DNA from: Isurus oxyrinchus
Lineage: Eukaryota
DNA: 64,000 nucleotides
NCBI GenBank assembly: GCA_026770705.1
Contig: JANJGN010000150.1
Span: 806,001 to 870,000, forward strand
Direction: 5' to 3'
Part shown: piece after piece, positions 24,817 to 36,904 of the stretch
How positions within the stretch are numbered: position 1 is the first letter of the stretch
Layout: each line of letters opens with the position of its first letter
The notes under the pieces: model-generated
Seen by the model: the letters and a program-made list of their open reading frames with translations, nothing else
Databases searched by the model: none
What the model was told of the DNA's origin: nothing
Program-made: the position numbers and the translations under genes

Positions 24817-25519
24817 CTGGGGAGAGAAATATCAATATTTGACTCTGGATGGTTTGTAGATCCACTAGACTCGATATCCACCCCCTCCATCACTGGGGCA
24901 CAGTGGCTGCAGTGTGGACCATCTGCAGGACACACAAGGAACTCCCCAAGGTTTCACAACAGATAGAAGAGAATCCTGGACACAGGAGTGGACAAGTTCA
25001 TTCTACATTGGCTCATGGTCCTCAGGACCCTCTTTAGTGAAGCCAGTCTTCCACCCAACACAGTGTCTACAAGATAGACAGGGAAACTGTGTAAATATCT
25101 CATCTCTCAACACTGAATGGGCTGAGCTTCAGTTTAACTTTCAGTATTTTTAAATTTCCATATTGTGGTTGCTATGGTGAAACTGTGCAGGAAGTGTGAG
25201 GGCTGGACTCTCTGTCTATTCTCACTGCAGCTGTGATGTGGTCGTGGTGATTCTCAGTAAAATGAAACCCTCTGATCTCCTCCATCGCCGAGGTTTAGGG
25301 AGTGAATTCCAGTGCTCAGGTCCCAGGCAGCTGTAGGCACGGCCGCCGGTATTGGAGTGATGGGAATCGGGGGATGGTCAAGAGGCCAGAATTGGAGTAA
25401 CACAGAGACCTGGGAACTTGATTGGTTGCGTTGCAGGAGGTTACAGAGATAAAGAGATAAGAATGATCTTTTACAAAGACTGTTAAATATAAATCTGTCC
25501 AAGCTGACGATGATATTAC

Positions 25520-25580
25520 CTTGGAGAAGTGACAAGAGGAAGTAGATTTCCCGATTATTGTCCACTCCCAGATATTCCAT
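25520..25580 (-). CDS. Gene C leader exon (MEYLGVDNNREIYFLLSLLQ)
   Basis: Paralog of 18714-18795; phase-1 donor; the ATG used by gene A is ATA here. Confidence 0.6.
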
Positions 25581-26008
25581 CCACTTCTCACTCTCAAGCT
25601 GTGAAAGAGAAAGGAGTTAATGAGACCTCACCTCTTGTCCAGCACCTTTCGAGAGATCAGAACTGCTTTTAGACAATGTCTTCACAGACTAATTTGATTC
25701 TCTGTGGGATGATAGGTGCTCTGCAGAGAGTTACAAGGCTTTAAGAAAGACAAACAATGAAGGATTTGCATTTCTATAGCACCTTTCACCACCTCAGGGC
25801 ATCCCAAAGCTCATGTCTCTGCACTTCCCTCATCCCCTGAGCTAGAAAGATGTTCTGTACAACAGACTTGAGCCTCACACCCAGATCTCAATAATCAGTA
25901 GAAATCTTTCAAAGGCATCAATCATTGGAATCTGTCTTTATAAAGTCACAACATCAACAAAGGACGGTGTTGGTGGTGGAAGTGAATTCCAATCGTTCCG
26001 TTACTTAC

Positions 26009-26150
26009 CCAGGACCTGTCCGACTGCTCACCTGGGGTGGAACTGCCCACACACTCTGCTTGGGCTGAATGACCTCTTCCTGTGCTGCTCCCTCTGTGTA
26101 TTTAATGAGAAAGGGTTGATGTGTCTCTGTGAGTCAAAATGAGGAAGTTG
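26009..26150 (-). promoter_or_regulatory. Promoter/exon-1 module of gene C
   Basis: gtaagt donor; TGAGTCA (26130-26136) next to GAGGAAGT (26141-26148). Confidence 0.55.
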
Positions 26151-26656
26151 GATCAAAGTGACAGAGCAGCTCATGTTTTGAGATGTTGGTGAACTGTTAA
26201 CCCTTTGTGTCCTGACCCTGTGTTGATATTTCTGCTCACAGGTGGACAGTCATTGACCAGGAGTTTCTCCTGTGGGTCAGTGGGTTTCACAGCCAAATTC
26301 AGGGGGTCAGAATGTTGTGGGATTCAAGACCCCATTCAGGGGACGTCTGCCCCACAGAGTAGACTGAAACTGCCCAGTGTCAGTACTGAGGGAGTGCTGC
26401 ACTGTCGGATGGTCATTACTGCACTATTGTAAGATCAGTACTGAGGGAGATCTCCACTATTTGAGGGTGAGTACTGAGGGAGTGCTGCACTGTCAGAGGG
26501 ACATTAATCAGGGAGTGCTGCAATGTTGGAGGATCAGTACTGAGGGAGTGCCGCACTGTTGAAGGGTCAGTATTAAGGTGCTGATTTACAAGACAGGACA
26601 ATGGATTAGGAGCCCTCAGAACTCCCCCCGTGATTTCCAATCATTCCGTTACTTAC

Positions 26657-26800
26657 CCCCGACCTGTCCGACTGCTCGCCTGGGGAGGAACTGCCCACAC
26701 GCTCTGCTTGGGCTGAATGACCTCTTCCTGTGCTGCTCCCTATTTGTGTTTAATTAAAAAGTTTGGATGTGTCACTGTGAGTCAAAATGAGGAAGTGCTT
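26657..26800 (-). promoter_or_regulatory. Additional promoter/exon-1 module copy
   Basis: gtaagt donor; TGAGTCA 26778-26784, GAGGAAGT 26789-26796. Confidence 0.5.
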
Positions 26801-26899
26801 GGTACCAAGTGAGAAAGATGCTCTTTGCCTCGCACTGTTAGAAAACTGTTAACCCTTTGCTTGCCAAGAATGTTTTTGAAGGGTCATTGACTGTTCACA

Positions 26900-28880
26900 T
26901 GCAACAAGCTCGAGGGGTTGACTGGGCCTCCTCCTGTTCCTGTGTAACAGGCTCGAGGAGGGTGAATGGGCCTACTCCTGTTCCTGTGTAACAGGCACGA
27001 GGAGGGTGAATAGGCCTCCTCCTGTTCCTGTGTAACAGGATCAAGGGGACAGAATGGGCCTCCTCCTGTTCCTGTGTAACAGGCTCGAGGGGGCTGAATG
27101 GGCCTCCTCCTGTTTCTGTGTAACAGGCTCATGGGGCACAATGGGTCTCCTCCTGTTTCTGTGTAACAAGCTTGAGGGGCTGAATGGGCCTCCTCCTGCT
27201 CCTGTGTAACAGGCTCGAGGGGCTGAATGGGCCTCCTCCTGTTCCTGTGTAAAAGGCTCGAGGGGCTGAATGGGCCTCCTCCTGTTCCTGTGTAACAGGC
27301 TCATGGGGGCTGAATGGCCTCCTTCTCTCACTGTGTACCAGGCTCATGGGGCTGAGTGGGCCTCCTCCTGTTCCTGTGTAAAAGGCTAAAGGGGCTGAAT
27401 TGGCCTTCCCCAGTTCCTGTGTACCAGGCTCGAGTACATTAGGAGCATCATTGGGAGCAGCATTTCACTTGCACTTCCCTCAATTTAATCTACTGCCTTC
27501 ACTGCTCCAAATGTGGTCTCCTCTACATGGGACAGACCAAACACAGACTGGGTGATCGCTCTGATGAACACCTTCGGTCTGTCCACAAGCATGACCCAGA
27601 CCTCCCTGTTGCTTGCCATTTTAACACCCCACCCTGCTCTCATGCCCACATGTCCGTCCTTGGCCTGCTGCATTGTTCCAGTGAAGCCCAACACAAACTG
27701 GAGGAACAGCACCTCATCTTCCGACCAGGCACTTTACAGCCTTCCGGACTGAATATTGAGTTCAACAATTTCAGATCATGAACTCTCTCCTCCATCCCCA
27801 CCCCCTTTCCAATCTCCCTTTTCCATTAATTTATCATTTTTAATATTTATTTTATTGATATATTTTTCTTTTCCCACCTATTTCCATTATTTTTAAATGT
27901 TTTACATCTGTTGTTGTATCTCTACCTTTTAGCCTATTTCAATCCTTTCCCCCACCCCACCCCCACTAGGACTATCTGTCTCTTGCTCGTCCTGCTTTCT
28001 ACCCTTAATGTCCCCATTAGCACATGCCTCAGATAATATCACCACCGTCAACACCCCTTTGTCCTTTTGTCTATCACATCTTTGGCAACCTCTTCTTTAC
28101 CTCCACCTATCACTGGCCCACAATCCAGCTCTGCCTGTCCCACCCCCTCTACCAGCTAAAACGTCACCTCATTTCTCGATTTCCTTAGTTCTGATGAAGA
28201 GTCATACAGACCCAAAACGTCAAGTGTGTTCCTCTCCGCAGATCCTGTCAGACCTGCTGAGTTTTTCCAGCTATTTTTGTGTTTGTTCCCGTTCATGTGG
28301 AACAGGCTTGAGTGGCTGAATGGAGCCCCTAATGTTCCTGTGTAACAAGCTTGTGGAGGCTGAATGGGCCTCCTGTACCTGTGTAACAGGCTCAAGGGGA
28401 CAGAATGGGCCTCCTCCTCTTCCTGTGTAACAGGCTCGAGGGGGCTGAATGGGCCTCCTCTTGATCCTGTAAAACAGGCACGAGGGACTGCATAGGTTTC
28501 CTATTCTTGTGTAAGAGGGTTGAGAGACTGAATGTGCTCTTCCTGTTCCTGGGTAACAGGCTCAGGTGACTGAATGGCCTCCTCCTGTTCCTGTGTTACA
28601 GGCTCTATGGGGCTGAATAGGACTCCTCCTTTTCCTGTGTAACAGGCTCGAGGGGCTGAGAGTCTCTCCTGTTCCTGTGGAAGGGTGTTGAGGGACTGAA
28701 TGTCCTCTTCCTGTTCCTGTGTAATAGGCTCATGAGGCTGATGGGCCTTCTCCTGTCCTCATGTAACAGGATTGAGTGGCTGAATGGGCCTCCTCCTGTT
28801 CCTGTGCAACAGGCTCGAGGGGCTGAATGGGGCCTCCTCCTGTTCCTGTGTAACAGGCTTGAGCTGCTGAATGTCCTCCT
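26900..28880 (+). repeat. ~43-bp minisatellite (AGGCTCGAGGGGCTGAATGGGCCTCCTCCTGTTCCTGTGTAAC) interrupted by a Penelope fragment
   Basis: Visible tandem units; unit matches the CR1 3' tail at ~13510-13555. Confidence 0.9.
27457..28290 (+). mobile_element. Penelope 3' fragment (GIY-YIG end + pLTR with decayed hammerhead at 28187-28224)
   Basis: Peptide ...LEEQHLIFRPGTLQPSGLNIEFNNFRS resembles the end of the 3079-4263 ORF; CTGATGA-A-GAGTC...GACCC-AAAACGTC. Confidence 0.88.
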
Positions 28881-28885
28881 CTCAT

Positions 28886-29104
28886 TAAAAATAAATACTG
28901 CAGATGCTGTAAATCTGAAATAAACACAGAAAATGCTGCATTAACTCAGCAGGTCTGGCAGCAGCTGTGGAGAGAGAAACAGAGTTTTTGCTTTGAGACT
29001 CTGAAGAAGGGTCATACGGACTCGAAATGTTTATTCTGTTTATCTCTGCACAGATGCTGCCAGACCTACTCAGTTTCTCCAGGATTTTCTGTTTTTATTT
29101 CAGG
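28886..29104. mobile_element. Short palindromic Penelope-pLTR-derived element with central hammerhead core
   Basis: Inverted arms ~28918-28985 and ~29033-29103; CTGAAGA-A-GGGTC-ATACG-GACTC-GAAA at 29001-29027. Confidence 0.7.
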
Positions 29105-30218
29105 TGCTCTCTTGTTCCTGTGTAGCACGCTTAAGGGGGCTGAATGGCCTCCTCCTGTTCCGATTCAATGGGCAGTCAAAGCATGTGCCTGATTTTGGAC
29201 CGCGAACCCAAATCTGTCCTCAGGGCATTGATAGAGGAAATGACCAGTTACAGATCAATGCAGGAGGATTATTTATTTTCCCAATCTTTGAATCAAGTAT
29301 CTCATCAAACACAGAGCGGAACCAGGATCAAGGATGTTGGTCTCTGTAATCTGTAACACATCGCACAGTCCACCCATCCACTCAGCCTTCAGGATGGATG
29401 CTAATTGTACTCTCCAAGTGTGAAGGACTAAAATGGTGGTTTATTGCAGCTCTATTTCATTCTGTTATCAAAGCTGTCTCATCCATCCATGACATATTGA
29501 AGAAGGTAAACCTGCAACCAATTTTTCACATCATGGTTTCCAATGTTCATTGGCAATATCAATGTAAACATGTCATGCTGAAATGATGTCCTCCCACCAG
29601 TGGTGGCACTGTAGCACATCTGTTATCCTCTAAGCTGCAGAGAATTTCTCAACTCTCCAATCAAATTGTTTCCCTGTTTCCCAGATTCTTGTTTGTTTCG
29701 CTGTTTAACGATGAAGTGTAAAATCCAAATATATATCTGAAAATACATTTGACTACAAAATGCTGAGTAAATTTTGCCAATCTCCTCTGCTCCAATTATC
29801 CACCGATCCTGCATTTCCTGAAGTCTGCACTGGCTGATGAATATTCTGTAAACACTGACAGACAGGAAGGTGAATAACAGAATGAAAATTAACTCATAAT
29901 CACAGACACGGGATTGAATTTGTCCGTTCTGTCCTGGTACATCATCGAACGATATCTAAAGATATTTACAATCAGAATGGAGAGAAGGATGTTTCCAACA
30001 GTGAGGGACAATTCTGAAGGAGGATGTTCGAATTGAAACCCACAGACAATCATCCTGGATAGATCATTCCGAAGAAATTCCATCAGATTGTAACAAGAGG
30101 TTTAAATCTATTTCCTGGGAGTGAGTTCCTGTGGATATTAGGAAGGTAAATTGGAGTTTTGAATGATTCTCCCATTCTGTATTCTCCCCACACTGTGTGT
30201 GTCTCATTCTTGCTCAGT

Positions 30219-30335
30219 TTATAAATTCCCATAAACAGAATCCTTGGCAAATTCACAGTTTGCGTAAAGATCATCATCTGTATCAGGATTGACTCCGCGG
30301 TTAGATTTCATTTCCAGATCCTTCTCATCTTTCTT
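30219..30335 (-). CDS. Gene B terminal exon (KKDEKDLEMKSNRGVNPDTDDDLYANCEFAKDSVYGNL*)
   Basis: Acceptor tttctattacag, phase 0, two tyrosine motifs; not in the ORF track. Confidence 0.75.
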   Translation of the reverse strand, partial: KKDEKDLEMKSNRGVNPDTDDDLYANCEFAKDSVYGNL

Positions 30336-30433
30336 CTGTAATAGAAACAGAAATGATCAGAGTGACAATCAGAGTGATCAGTGTTTAGTATTATTGATCC
30401 AAATCAAAAATTCCATCCACAGTAGATACATTA

Positions 30434-32010
30434 ATTATTGATACTGAACGGGGTTTGATTATTGATACTGAACGGGGTTTGATTATTGATCCTGAACGAT
30501 GTTTGATTATTGATTCTGAACGGGGTTTGATTTTTAATTCTGAACGGGGTTTGATTATTGATACTGAAAAGGGTTTGATTATTTATTCTGAATGGGTTTT
30601 GATTATTGAATCTGAACGGAGTTTGATTATTGATCCTGAACGTAGTTTGATTATTGATACTGAACAGGGTTTGATTATTGATTCTGAACGGGGTTTGATT
30701 ATTGATACTGAATGGGGTTTGATTATTGATACTGAACGGGGTTAGATTATTGATACTGAACGGGGTTTGATTTTTAATACTGAACGGGGTTAGATTATTG
30801 ATACTGAACGGGGTTTGATTTTTAATTCTGAACGGGGTTTGATTATTGATTCTGAACGGGATTAGATTATTGATACTGAACAGGTTTGATTTTTAATTCT
30901 GAACAGGGTTTGATTATTGATACTGAACGGGGTTTGATTATTGATACTGAATGGGGTTAGATTATTGATTCTGAAAGGGTTTTGATTATTGAATCTGAAC
31001 GGGGTTTGATTATTGATCCTGAACGAAGTTAGATTATTGATATTGAACGGGGTTTGATTATTGATATTGAACGGGGTTTGATTATTGATTCTGAACGGTG
31101 TTTGATTATTGATCCTGAACGGACTTTGATTATTGATACTGAATGGGGTTTGATTATTGATTCTGAACAGTGTTTGATTATTGATTCTGAACGGGGTTTG
31201 ATTATTGATACTGAACGGTGTTTGATTCTTGATTCTGAACTGGGTTTTGATTATTGATTCTGAAAGGGGTTTGATTATTGATTCTGAATGGGGTTTGATT
31301 ATTGATACTAAACGGGGTTGGATTATTGATACTGAGCGGGGTTTGATTATGTATACTGAACGGAGTTTGATTATTGATTCTGAACGCGGTTTGATTATTG
31401 ATACTGAGCGGGGTTTGATTATTAATTCTGAACGGGGTTTGTTTATTGATACTGAACGGGGATTGATTATTGATTCTGAAAGGGGTTTGATTATTGATAC
31501 TAAACGGGGTTGGTTTATTGATACTGAACGGGGTTTGATTATGTATACTGAACGGGGATTGATTATTGATTCTGTACGCGGTTTGATTATTGATTCTGAA
31601 CGGGGTTTGATTATTAATTCTGAACTGGGTTTGTTTATTGATACTGAACGGGGATTGATTATTGATTCTGAAAGGGGTTTGATTATTAATTCTGAACAGG
31701 GTTTGATTATTGATACTGAACGTGGTTTGTTTATTGATACTGAACGGGGATTGATTATTGATTCTGAAAGGGGTTTGATTATTAATTCTGAACGGGGTTT
31801 GATTATTGATACTGATCGGGGTTTGATTATTGATTCTGAACGGGTTTTATTATTGTTACTGAACGGAGTTTGGTTATTGATACTGAACGGGGTTTGATTA
31901 TTGATTCTGAACGGGGTGTGATTATTGATTCTGAACGGGGTTTGATTATTGATTCTGAACGGGGTTTGATTATTGATTCTGATCGGGGTTTGATTATTGA
32001 TTCTGAATGG
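30434..32010. repeat. 24-bp minisatellite (GATTATTGATTCTGAACGGGGTTT), about 65 units, intronic
   Basis: 8-aa periodic spurious ORFs (IIDSERGL). Confidence 0.97.
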
Positions 32011-32143
32011 TGTTGGGTGTGAGTTTGGTTGGGTTTGGGAGTGACTGTATAAAACATTGCAGATACAGGACTGGAGCAGCCATATCAATAACCAGGCTAC
32101 TGGAGCAGCTGAGAGGCTGGGGATCCTGTGGTGTGTGACTCAC

Positions 32144-32248
32144 CTGATTCCTCAAAGCCCAACCACGCTCACAGTTTTCATAAACAGGACCTCGATATTC
32201 ATCAACACGGTGGTTCGATTTGATTCCTGCTTTCCCCTCACCTCTCTT
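32144..32248 (-). CDS. Gene B internal cytoplasmic exon (KRGEGKAGIKSNHRVDEYRGPVYENCERGWALRNQ)
   Basis: Homologous to the terminal exon (KSN; YENC vs YANC); CAG|gtgagt donor; the expected acceptor reads CGG. Confidence 0.55.
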
Positions 32249-32599
32249 CCGAAATAGAGATGGAAATGGACAGAATGACAATCAACATGATGTGTATTCG
32301 GTGTTGGGTTTGATTATTGGGGAAAGAGTTCCAGATTTCCACTCCCCTTTGTGTGAAGAAGTGCTTCCTGACATCACCCCTGAACGGCCTGGCTCCAATC
32401 TGAAGTTCCAGCCCCCTTGTTCTGGACTCCACCCGACCCCCACCACCCACCCCCACCCGAGGGAATAGCTTCTCTCTATCGACCCTATCGAGTGTTTAAT
32501 CAGTTTGAAACCCTCAATTAGATCCCTCCTTAATCTTCTAGACCCGAGTGAATATAATCGTAGACTGTGTGTAACCTGTCTGCATAATTTAACCAGAAA

Positions 32600-32900
32600 G
32601 ATGTTCTGTACAACAGACTTGAGCCTCACACCCAGATCTCAATAATCAGTAGAAATCTTTCAAAGGCATCAATCATTGGAATCTGTCTTTATAAAGTCAC
32701 AACATCAACAAAGGACGGTGTTGGTGGTGGAAGTGAATTCCAATCGTTCCGTTACTTACCCAGTACCTGTCCGACTGCTCGCCTGGGGAGGAACTGCCCA
32801 CACGCTCTGCTTGGGCTGAATGACCTCTTCCTGTGCTGCTCCCTCTGTGTATTTAATGAGAAAGGGTGGATGTCTCTCTGTGAGTCAAATCAGGAATTGG
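32600..32900 (-). promoter_or_regulatory. Orphan promoter/exon-1 module inside a gene B intron
   Basis: Matches ~19040-19340; donor at 32759; TGAGTCA retained, ETS core altered to CAGGAATT. Confidence 0.55.
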
Positions 32901-33604
32901 GGAACAATTGTGAAAACCCTTTCATTGAAACGTTGGACCTTAGTGTTGTGTTGTAAGCAAACTGTTAACCCTTTGTGTCCTGACTCTGTGACGTGATTCC
33001 TGTGTAAAGCTGAGCAGTCGGTGAGCGAGTTTCAATTCACTGCTCACTCCAGGTGTTGAGGTGGATCTTCTGAAGGAGCAGATGTAGCTCAGCGCTCCTT
33101 AAAAATGTGAGAGACTGAACAACGTGTAAGAGGACGAGAGAAAGAATGAGAAGGAGAGCATTAGTGGAGATTGGAGAGAGAGTGAATGAGAGAGAGAATG
33201 AGAAGGAGAGCATTAGTGGAGATTGGAGAGAGAGTGAATGAGAGAGAGAGAGAATGAGAAGGCGTGCATTAGTGGAGGTAAGAGAGAGTGAATGAAACAT
33301 GGAAAATGGAAAGAGATTGTATTCAGTAACAAAAGAAAGGTTTTCATTTATATAGCACCTTTCACAAACTCAGGAGGTCACAAGGTATCTTATGGTCCGG
33401 GTCAACCCTGCCAGTTACAGGACTGAGTTGTGAAACAGTGAGTGTTGGATGAGATGTTAAACAGTAGGTGAACATCAAAACTCTTCAGGGGCTGTGAAGG
33501 GTTTTGGGTTGTGAAAGGTGCTATAGAAATGAAAGTTCTTTCTATAAGGAGAGAAGGTTGAAGAAAACATTTTCGAAAACAACCAATTAAACCTTCACAC
33601 TTAC

Positions 33605-33701
33605 TTTCTCACACACTTGAAGATGAAGAATCCACTCAGTCCAACACTCAAACAGATTCCAGCTCCAAGCAATCCTGCTTTCCATTCATTGGAATCTCGC
33701 C
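33605..33701 (-). CDS. Gene B TM exon (RDSNEWKAGLLGAGICLSVGLSGFFIFKCVRK)
   Basis: 97 nt, same phases as the gene A TM exon, AA|gtaagt donor. Confidence 0.88.
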
Positions 33702-34967
33702 CTGTAAAATCAGCCAATGAATGACTCCGGTACAGTTTGAGAATGGTTCCCTATGTACATGTAGTAATTCTGAACTTGTGAAGTGATATTGTCTATGCAT
33801 GAAAGGTCTATACAAATAACATTTATCTATGTAATATTTATTGATAATATCCATGTACATGCAGGTTTCTATAAGGAGGATTCACATATAACAGGGGTGC
33901 CAAGCTGCTGAGGTGACACACAGGACTACATACACACCAAACAGCGGAAACAACATGCTATAGACAGAGCAAAGCAATCCCACAACCAACGGGTCAGATC
34001 TAAGCTCTGCAGTCCTGCCACATCCAGTCATGAATGGTGATGGATAATTAAAGATCTAACAGGAGGAGGATGTTCCACAAATATCCCCATCCTTAATGAT
34101 GGGGGAGCTCAGCACATCAGTGCAAACGACAAGGCTGAAGCATTGGCAACCATGTTCAGCCAGAAGTGCTGAGTGGATGCTCCATCTCGGCCTCCTCCAG
34201 AGGGTCCCAGCATCACAGATGTCAGCTTTCAGACAATTCGATTGACTCCACGTGACATCAGGAATCAGCTGATGATACTGGATACAGCAAAGGCTATTGG
34301 CCCTGGCAACAACCCGGCAACAGGAAATAATGTGGTTACAAGAACGGGTAAGAGGCTGGGAACTCTGCGGTGAGTAACTCACCTCCTGACTCTCCAAAGC
34401 CTGTCCACCATCGACAAGGCACAAGTCAGGATTGTGATGGAATAATCTCCACTTGGCTGGATGAGTGCAGCTCCAACAACACTCAAGAAGCTCGACACCA
34501 TCCAGGAGCAGCTTGTTTGATCGACAGCCCATCCACCAGCATAAACATTCATACCCTCCACCACTGGCACACAATGGCAGCAGTGTATGCACCATCTACA
34601 AGATGCACTGCAGCAACTCACCAAAGCTTCTTCGACTGCACCTTCCAAACCCTTAACCTCTTCCACCAAGACAGTTCCAAGTCAGTGAGGTGTGTGACTT
34701 GGAAATCAACATGAGGTGGTGGTCTGCCCTGGGACTTGGAACTATATCGGCCGTTCCTTCACCGTCGTTGGGTCAAAATCCTGGAACTCCCTCCCTAACA
34801 GCACTGTTGGTGTGCCTACACCACATGGACTGCAGTGGTTAAAGAAGGCAGCTCACCACCACCTTCTCAAGGGGCAGTTACAGATGGGCAATAATTTCTG
34901 GCCTTGTCAACAATGCCCACATCCCATGAGCTAATAACAAGAGAATGTTCAATTCTGTGTAACTCAC

Positions 34968-35249
34968 GTTCCACAGTGATGGTTATGAATCCCTCCACTG
35001 CTCCATGTTCATTCTCTGCCACACACTGATAGTCTCCAGTGTCCCTGGATGTAACGTGAGGAATCACCAACCACAGCTCATTGTTGGAACTTGTTCTGTT
35101 CATTGGGACATTAAGATGTCGCCACGTCAGGTTAGAAGCTGGGAAGCTCTCGACAGAGCAGATTATCACTGTAGAATTCCCCTCAATTATATTGATCGAT
35201 GAAGCGTTAATCATATCAAGAGAAGTAATTGAGAGGTTCTGTGGAGCAT
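34968..35249 (-). CDS. Gene B stalk C2 exon (domain 5)
   Basis: 282 nt, phase 1-1, IICSVESFP...YQCVAEN. Confidence 0.92.
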
Positions 35250-35728
35250 CTAAAAACATATAAAGATTTTAGAGTGAGCAAGCACAATGCACATCAAGAC
35301 TCCATGTATCATCTCTCCGTATCTGATGTCTGAATACAATTCCAGGCACCTTCCTCAGCATAAGTTCCTCTGTCACATTTATAATGGACACTGCCTATGT
35401 AAACTGTCACACTGCAGTTGCATTCCCCCACCAGTTGAGGTGCTATCAATCTAGAATGAAAGAAACTTTCATTCACATCCTCAGGATTTCGCCAAGCCTT
35501 TACAGGCAATGAATTGTATTTGATTGATGGAGCACTGAGGGGTAAATCTACAATTCACTGTTCAGGAGTTTGGTCATCCAATTCAGGGTCTTGTTGATCT
35601 GGAGTTTACCTTCGTTCCATCCAGAATTGGAGCTGACACCAAGACTCCAGTGCAGTGAGTGCGTGTGGGAGTGCATTTATGTATATGTGTTCAAATCTGA
35701 GAGAGTTGTTGAAGTCTGTGTAACTCAC

Positions 35729-36010
35729 GTTCCACAGTGATGCTTATGAACCCCTCCACTGCTCCATGTTCATTCTCTGCCACACACTGATAGTCTCCAG
35801 TGTCCCTGGATGTAACGTGAGGAATCACCAACCACAGATCATTGTTGGAACTTGTTCTGTTCATTGGGACATTAAGATGTCGCCACGTCAGGTTAGAAGC
35901 AGGGAAGCTCTCGACAGAGCAGATTATCACTGCAGAATACCCCTCAATTATATTGATCGATGAAACGTTAATCATATCAAGAGAATTAATTGAGAGATTC
36001 TGTGGTGTGT
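35729..36010 (-). CDS. Gene B stalk C2 exon (domain 4)
   Basis: 282 nt, near-identical to 34968-35249. Confidence 0.92.
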
Positions 36011-36904
36011 CTGAAAACAAATAAAGATCAGTTACTTACATTGTCTGTGAAGCACTTTGAGACACCCTGAGAATGTGAAAGGTGTGATATCAATGTAGGT
36101 TCCTTCACCACAAAGCACTTAATTCAGGCAGTCACTACAGCTCAGTATTGAGCGAGTACTTCACTGTCGGAGAATGAGTACTGAGGGAGTGCTGCACAGT
36201 TGGATGGTCAGTACTGAGGGAGTGCGGCACTGTCGGAGGGTCAGTACTGAGGGAGTGCTGCACTGTTGGATGGTCAGTACTGAGGGAGTGCTGCACTGTT
36301 GGAGGTTCAGTACTGATGGAGTGCTGCACTGTTGGATGGTCAGTACTGAGGGAGTGCTGCAATGTCGGAGGATCAGTACTGAGAGAGTGCTGCATTGTCA
36401 GAGGGTCAGTACTGAGGGAGTGCTGCACTGTCAGAGGGTCAGTACTGAGAGAGTACTGCACTGTCAGAGGGTCAGTACTGAGGGAGTGCAGCACTGTTGG
36501 ATGGTCAGTACTGAGGGAGTGCTGCACTGTCAGATGGTCAGTACTGAAGGAGTGCTGCACTGTTGGATGGTCAGTACTGAGGGAGTGATGCACTGTCGGA
36601 GGGTCAGTACTGAGGGAATGCTGCACTGTCGGAGGGTCAGTACTGGAAGAATGCTGCACTGTCGGAGGGTCAGGACTGGAAGATTGCTGCACTGTCAGAT
36701 GTTCAGTACTGAGGGAGTGCTGCTCTGTCGGAGGGTCATTACTGAGGAAGTGCTGCATTGTCAGAGGGTCAGTACTGGAAGAGTGCTGCACTGTTGCAGG
36801 GTCAGTACTGAGGGAGTGCTGCACTGTCGGAGGGTCAGTACTGAGGGAGTGCTGCACTGTCGGAGGATCAGTAATTAGGGAGATCTGCACTGTTGGAGGG
36901 TGAT

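Noticed and set aside
26900-28880. CRISPR-like regular repeats
   Set aside because: No unique spacers, no cas genes, eukaryotic context
30083-30277. 64-aa minus-strand ORF
   Set aside because: Alternative frame over the gene B terminal exon
30862-32088. 408-aa ORF and overlapping ORFs
   Set aside because: Translation of the 24-bp minisatellite
33605-33701. Lys in FFIFKCVRK as a DAP12-pairing residue
   Set aside because: It lies at the cytoplasmic boundary rather than mid-membrane
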